Positions 59,732-64,000 of a DNA stretch of 64,000 nucleotides are shown piece after piece; the first letter of the stretch is position 1; the number at the start of each line of letters is the position of its first letter. Position numbers and translations under genes: made by a program. The stretch comes from Candidatus Woesearchaeota archaeon (GTDB lineage: Archaea; Nanobdellota; Nanobdellia; SCGC-AAA011-G17; UBA489), in contig CAZUSA010000001.1 in the NCBI GenBank assembly GCA_964622835.1, forward strand, positions 223,468 through 287,467, read 5' to 3'. A model generated the notes under the pieces. It did no database searches, was not told the DNA's origin, and saw only the letters and a list, made by a program, of their open reading frames with translations.

Positions 59732-60199
59732 TTATCCAATGTATTTTTCTGCTTCAGCTGTATCTTTTTTTGACGTGGTTGGTGTTGCAAGTGAGGGCAT
59801 TGGTATGTGTGATGGTAATGCCATGTCTTGTTCAAGTTCGAGTGCTTTGATATTACATCGGTCAAGAATGTTATTAATGACGGGTATAGAGACATCTTTT
59901 GGAAGTTTTTTTGTTGTTTTCCAGAGGTCAAGTACTTTTTTTGCTTCATCTTGTGGAAGCATGTAATTAACTGTTCCTAAGATTTTTAAGGAAACAATAT
60001 CAGGATTATAATCAACACTAAATTCAAAAGCAAATCCGAGAACGGTGCTTCCACCACTAGATAGACGTGAAGACTCTTCATAGACCTCTTTAAGGTCCAT
60101 ATCATAGCGCACTTTCATGCCTTTAATGAGTTTCTTTTTGCGTTCTACGGCTATTTTTTTGAAGTTAAATCCTACGATCATTGTACTGGCTGTGCGCAA
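59732..60199 (-). CDS. hypothetical protein
   Basis: 155-aa ORF with no recognisable motif; lies between the S-layer gene and the membrane-anchored pair. Confidence 0.4.
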   Translation of the reverse strand: MRTASTMIVGFNFKKIAVERKKKLIKGMKVRYDMDLKEVYEESSRLSSGGSTVLGFAFEFSVDYNPDIVSLKILGTVNYMLPQDEAKKVLDLWKTTKKLPKDVSIPVINNILDRCNIKALELEQDMALPSHIPMPSLATPTTSKKDTAEAEKYIG

Positions 60200-60294
60200 A
60201 TGACGGTTTATATATGTTACGTTAATTGAATAGATAGTTTTGAGAAAAAAAAGAAGAAAAGAAGTGTAGCGTTTTACCGCTACACAACTTAGCT

Positions 60295-62931
60295 TTAAAC
60301 CATAGCCATATTACTGGATAGGTCGTTATTTGCATAATCCTCTAGGATCTTAGCAGCTCTTCTCGTATCTTCACCATCGGTTCCAGCTACGAGTAATGCA
60401 ACATTGTCGCCGTTGTCAACCATTTCTAGAACAGCTTCACCAGGTCCGTAAGACCAAGCACTACATGCTCCGAAAAGTTCCGCTGCGACGGTATTTGCAC
60501 ATGGACCACCAACAACAATTGCGTTCCAGTCTGAGATGTCATCAACATCAGAGTCTAGTAGGTTAGCAAGTGTTAGATCTGCTATTTCACAGTTAACGCT
60601 TGTTGCCGTTTTAGTTGTTGTCGTATCACCGAAGGTCACGAACACACGAGCGCCTCTCTGCGTGAGTGGGTACTCAATGGTTAGTGTTTCCGGGTTGTCC
60701 GTTGACGACGGGTCATACAGGGTGTATAAAGCACCGTAGTCTGACATACCATAGTAGTAATCGTCGTTATCTGCGTCTTCCAAAAGTGCTTGGATACCAC
60801 CAGAACTGTGTGCTAGACTTTCATTAATGAGAATTCCAATCTCATTATTTGATCGGTCATCAATTACAACAGTTACATTTTCGTGTGTAGCTGCTGTACC
60901 AGCACTAGTTGGTCCAACTTCATCGAAATCCTCTGATAGAGTGATTAAGGTAAAGTTAACATTGGCAGTAGAGATAGTCTCTCCTGTATTTGTCCAAGTT
61001 CCATTGTCACCAATAGCACTACCAACATCAGCAGTCCAAACTCCACCTGTGGAATTTGAGTGGTCACCTAAATCAAGGATTCCACCGCCGTTAATGGTAA
61101 CTCTGACTTCTTCCAGAGAAGCACTACCATCACCATCAAGATCAATGATTAATGGAGGGTTTGTACTACCTGTAGTGTTGGTTACATAAACTTTGTATGT
61201 TGTTCCACCAATAACAAGATCAGCATCACCGATTGTACCGTTACCATTACCATTAAGTGTTGTCCAAAGAGAGAATGTTACTTCTTTGGTATCACCAGTT
61301 GCCATATCCTTGAATTTTAATGTTCTATCGCTTGCATCGTAGTTATCGTAACGAAGTACATGCGAAATAGCATCATTGTCCAAACCATCAGCAGTATCTA
61401 TATCACTTAATAAAAAGTAATCTAAATGTCCAACGGTTGGTAAGTTATGTGTGGAGTTACCTAATGAAGAATAGTTTCCTTCTTCAAAGACAAAGTCTCT
61501 ATCATCGTTACCATACTTGAAGGTTCCGCCTTCGTTTGTAATGAATGGTACGTTGTACACTAAACCTTGTTTGTTTTCAAAGATAAGACTGTATTCATCG
61601 TCACCTTTTGGATCCAACTTTACAATACTTGTTTGTACATCATCAAGACCTTCGTATCGAATGTCCCATGCTGTTCCAAGCATTCCTTGTGGTTCTTCTA
61701 GGTATTCACGAACACCGTGTTCAGGTTCTACCCAGATGTCTACACCATTAAGTGAGTCTGCTGAGAGTCTGTACTTAATCGATGAAAGTTCAAGTTTACT
61801 TCCGCTTGAGGATGTCGATGCAGATATTGAAGCAAGAGCGTTTGTAATCTCTTCGTTGTCAATTTCTACTCGTTGTTCAAAGACGGTATCAGTGTAGGTT
61901 AGATCTTCAAGAACAAGTTTGCTTGCACCTAAGTACAATTCAACAATATCTCCTGATCCTGCTTCACCAGCTTCGTTAAGAACAATATCGCTAACACCAA
62001 CGAGCGTATCGTCGTTTAATGTTGTTGTTTGACTGTCCTTAAGTTGTTTAGTGATTTCACCGTTAATCTCAAAGGTTACTGTTGCAGGTGTAACATCTTC
62101 AATAATCATTACGGTTACTTCGAAGTCTTTTCCATCAATGTTGTAGGTTTTTGTTTCACCTTCACCAAGAATGTCGAAAACTGCGCCACCGAGCATAGTT
62201 AATTTGATGTCTGCTGCTGCAGTATCCACACTTGTTTCAACAATTGAATATGTTGTTCCAAGAATGAGGATTTCTTCATCTTCTAAGTCTGGTAATTCTC
62301 CAGATGTTACTTCACTTTCAAGTCCTGATTCGAATTCTAATTCGTATTCGAAGAAAGCAAGATTTACATTTGTAGGATCTGTGCTATCAGGGATGTATAA
62401 GTAATCTCCAACGTATCCGTCAAAGATTCCTTCACTTTCAGTAAAGTTTACTACGGGTGCATTTGTAATTGCATTAGAATTATCTAAAAACCGTAGGTAT
62501 TGATTGAAATTTGTTGAACCTTCGTCAGTAGTTATTTTTCCACCAGCAAGACCGCCACCAAGTACTTCAACATCTGTTAAAGTTTCTCGTACGTCTCCGA
62601 TGCTTTCACGTAGTTCTAGTAAGTCACTAGCGTGTGAAATTTCTACTGCGTCGCCAGATACACTAGTAAGACTAGCGCCTGCTGCTCCACAAACTTTGCT
62701 ATCAAATTGTAGTTGCTCTACAATGTCAAGAGCACCAATTGTATCTATAGATCTTGCATCAGCACCAACCACAATTGCGAGGTTAGATACACCTTTACCA
62801 TTCACGATAAAGGGCGCTGGAAAATCCGCGAGGTCTGGTTGTGCGATTGCGCCGGTTAATGATGCACCGAGCATTGCCATTCCAGTTCCGATTGCTGTAA
62901 TTCTTTTAACAGCTCTTTTTAGTCTTTGCAT
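60295..62931 (-). CDS. S-layer protein (Methanococcus-type S_layer_N/S_layer_C family)
   Basis: Signal ITAIGTGMAMLGASLTGAIA|QPD; N-terminal FPAPFIVNGKGVSNLAIVVGADARSIDTIGALDIV and C-terminal AIVVGGPCANTVAAELFG...ALLVAGTDGEDTRRAAKILEDYA match the conserved termini of Methanococcales/Thermococcales S-layer proteins; GGAGGTG RBS. Confidence 0.75.
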   Translation of the reverse strand: MQRLKRAVKRITAIGTGMAMLGASLTGAIAQPDLADFPAPFIVNGKGVSNLAIVVGADARSIDTIGALDIVEQLQFDSKVCGAAGASLTSVSGDAVEISHASDLLELRESIGDVRETLTDVEVLGGGLAGGKITTDEGSTNFNQYLRFLDNSNAITNAPVVNFTESEGIFDGYVGDYLYIPDSTDPTNVNLAFFEYELEFESGLESEVTSGELPDLEDEEILILGTTYSIVETSVDTAAADIKLTMLGGAVFDILGEGETKTYNIDGKDFEVTVMIIEDVTPATVTFEINGEITKQLKDSQTTTLNDDTLVGVSDIVLNEAGEAGSGDIVELYLGASKLVLEDLTYTDTVFEQRVEIDNEEITNALASISASTSSSGSKLELSSIKYRLSADSLNGVDIWVEPEHGVREYLEEPQGMLGTAWDIRYEGLDDVQTSIVKLDPKGDDEYSLIFENKQGLVYNVPFITNEGGTFKYGNDDRDFVFEEGNYSSLGNSTHNLPTVGHLDYFLLSDIDTADGLDNDAISHVLRYDNYDASDRTLKFKDMATGDTKEVTFSLWTTLNGNGNGTIGDADLVIGGTTYKVYVTNTTGSTNPPLIIDLDGDGSASLEEVRVTINGGGILDLGDHSNSTGGVWTADVGSAIGDNGTWTNTGETISTANVNFTLITLSEDFDEVGPTSAGTAATHENVTVVIDDRSNNEIGILINESLAHSSGGIQALLEDADNDDYYYGMSDYGALYTLYDPSSTDNPETLTIEYPLTQRGARVFVTFGDTTTTKTATSVNCEIADLTLANLLDSDVDDISDWNAIVVGGPCANTVAAELFGACSAWSYGPGEAVLEMVDNGDNVALLVAGTDGEDTRRAAKILEDYANNDLSSNMAMV

Positions 62932-62949
62932 TTGTTAAACACCTCCGTA

Positions 62950-62998
62950 ATGTTTAACGCTAAACATGTTTTAGTTTCTCTCACAAATTCTTGTGAGA
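62950..62998 (-). promoter_or_regulatory. two adjacent perfect hairpins in the S-layer 5' UTR
   Basis: ATGTTTA-acgc-TAAACAT (62950..62967) and TCTCACAA-attc-TTGTGAGA (62979..62998), just upstream of the GGAGGTG RBS at 62940..62946. Confidence 0.45.
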
Positions 62999-63070
62999 TT
63001 CTATCTGCGTCCACACGGACAGTTTTGTCTATGTTATGTTATTACTATAGGCTGTTGTATCGCTGATCGA

Positions 63071-63078
63071 TTTATAAA
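63071..63078 (-). promoter_or_regulatory. candidate TATA box (TTTATAAA) of the S-layer gene, about 140 nt upstream of the ATG
   Basis: Archaeal TATA consensus; implies a 5' UTR of about 110 nt, as is common for S-layer mRNAs. Confidence 0.35.
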
Positions 63079-63204
63079 GATGTAGCTGGTAGCGTATACA
63101 TATTAGTGCTGCATTGCCCGTTCATAAAGGATACAGCTGTTTTTGAGAAATTGAGGCCTTTCTGAGAAAAGCGCTTGTTAAAAGCTATCACTGAAGAGTG
63201 CGCA

Positions 63205-63642
63205 TTATTGTGTGCAGAGTTGAAGTTGAGTTTCATAGGCAAGTCCGTCCGTAACGAAAACATAATGTGATACTAATCCTAATGAGCAGAGTCCTGTGGA
63301 ATAAAAGGCTTCCTCTTGATAGGTTGCCGTAAAGGAATAGAGCGTTCCAGGGCGTAAAATGACTAAATATGCCTCTTGGAGGGCTTCTTCCAGCAGTATA
63401 CAGTCCTTAGGGTCTTTGTGGCAGGCAACAATGAGTTCTTCAAATGTTTGGTCACCATATGCAGGGAAAGAGACTTTCATGAGGGTTTGAAGGGCTCGTT
63501 CGGCTTCAAGGCTGGTTCGTTGGTTGGTTAATGAGCTCCCTTGGGCTAAATTAACAAATCCAAGGTAAATAACACCTAAAACAAGGAGAATAACGACTAT
63601 GACAAGTAATCCTAGGACTTCTGATTGGGCTTTTCGTGTCAT
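63205..63642 (-). CDS. archaeal type IV pilin-like protein (class III signal peptide)
   Basis: MTRKA|QSEVLGLLVIVVILLVLGVIYLGF has a prepilin-peptidase-type (FlaK/PibD) K/R-A|Q site followed by a hydrophobic helix. Confidence 0.45.
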   Translation of the reverse strand: MTRKAQSEVLGLLVIVVILLVLGVIYLGFVNLAQGSSLTNQRTSLEAERALQTLMKVSFPAYGDQTFEELIVACHKDPKDCILLEEALQEAYLVILRPGTLYSFTATYQEEAFYSTGLCSLGLVSHYVFVTDGLAYETQLQLCTQ

Positions 63643-63947
63643 ATGGCTATACTCCCGTAATGTGCTATTGAGAGTCGTCCTACACGATAGATGTCTATTT
63701 CTGGGAAATATAACGCAACAATCGTTGAAACGACTGCTCCGGGCTTATTTTCTGGATTATAGTCATAAACTGTCCATGTATCACAGTTATTGGGGTAGTC
63801 TACTTGAATATAATGGGCTATATCACATTCGACGCCAACACTTGTTGTAGGCGGCGGCGGATAGAGTTGTGTAAACGTGACTGATTTTGCTCCGAAGACT
63901 TGTTTGTAATGCACGTTGTGTTCGCCGAGTATCTGTTGGAAGGGCAA
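63639..63947 (-). CDS. hypothetical protein (possibly pilin-associated; the ORF may extend beyond the listed start)
   Basis: 102-aa ORF with a 4-nt overlap to the pilin-like gene; no homology recognised. Confidence 0.3.
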   Translation of the reverse strand: MPFQQILGEHNVHYKQVFGAKSVTFTQLYPPPPTTSVGVECDIAHYIQVDYPNNCDTWTVYDYNPENKPGAVVSTIVALYFPEIDIYRVGRLSIAHYGSIAI

Positions 63948-64000
63948 AAACTTTGCTGTGTCTATACAATCGTCTGTTGCACAGGCAAATTCTGGTAATG

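Noticed and set aside
1-64000. CRISPR arrays, transposases, integrases or other mobile elements
   Set aside because: No short direct-repeat arrays and no transposase or integrase-like ORFs were found. The only long repeat is the inverted paralog segment reported above

Overview
Low-GC, tightly packed archaeal chromosome segment (archaeal r-protein L18e-L13-S9-RpoN operon, Pth2, Rpp21, AglB with WWDYG motif, Methanococcus-type S-layer protein, frequent GGAGGTG Shine-Dalgarno sites and TTTATA(T/A)A boxes). Positions 1-12 kb are housekeeping: the r-protein/RpoN operon, a 5S rRNA, Pth2 plus an HPF-like gene, a Nudix hydrolase, a DRG-like GTPase, TrmI and a PIN-ATPase-KH protein. Four tRNAs are present: Leu-CAA, Arg-CCT, Gly-TCC and Ser-TGA. 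From about 12.6 to 63 kb the window is a cell-envelope island: two operonic secreted surface proteins, SecF/SecD, and a roughly 33-kb protein-glycosylation and sugar-biosynthesis super-cluster. The super-cluster contains AglB/STT3, AglH-like GlcNAc-1-P transferase, two Wzx-like flippases, about six GT2, two GT4 and two GT-C glycosyltransferases with a DPM1-like/UPF0104 triad, a GDP-fucose pathway (Gmd, Fcl), a CDP-glucose pathway (RfbF, RfbG), a TylC3-like sugar C-methyltransferase, two FdtA-like cupins, two SAM methyltransferases, a tandem-Nudix protein and three paralogous B12-binding radical SAM enzymes. It is followed by a RimK-like ligase/retropepsin pair, an AI-2E transporter, a Methanococcus-type S-layer gene with a structured 5' UTR, and a pilin-like gene. 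Two paralogous N-sequon-rich surface glycoprotein genes bracket the locus in inverted orientation and share a roughly 250-bp near-identical DNA segment about 49 kb apart. No CRISPR array, transposase or integrase was seen. The most notable candidate system is the radical-SAM/C-methyltransferase/ketoisomerase-decorated glycosylation locus, predicted to build a heavily modified (C-methylated deoxyhexose) glycan on the S-layer or surface glycoproteins.
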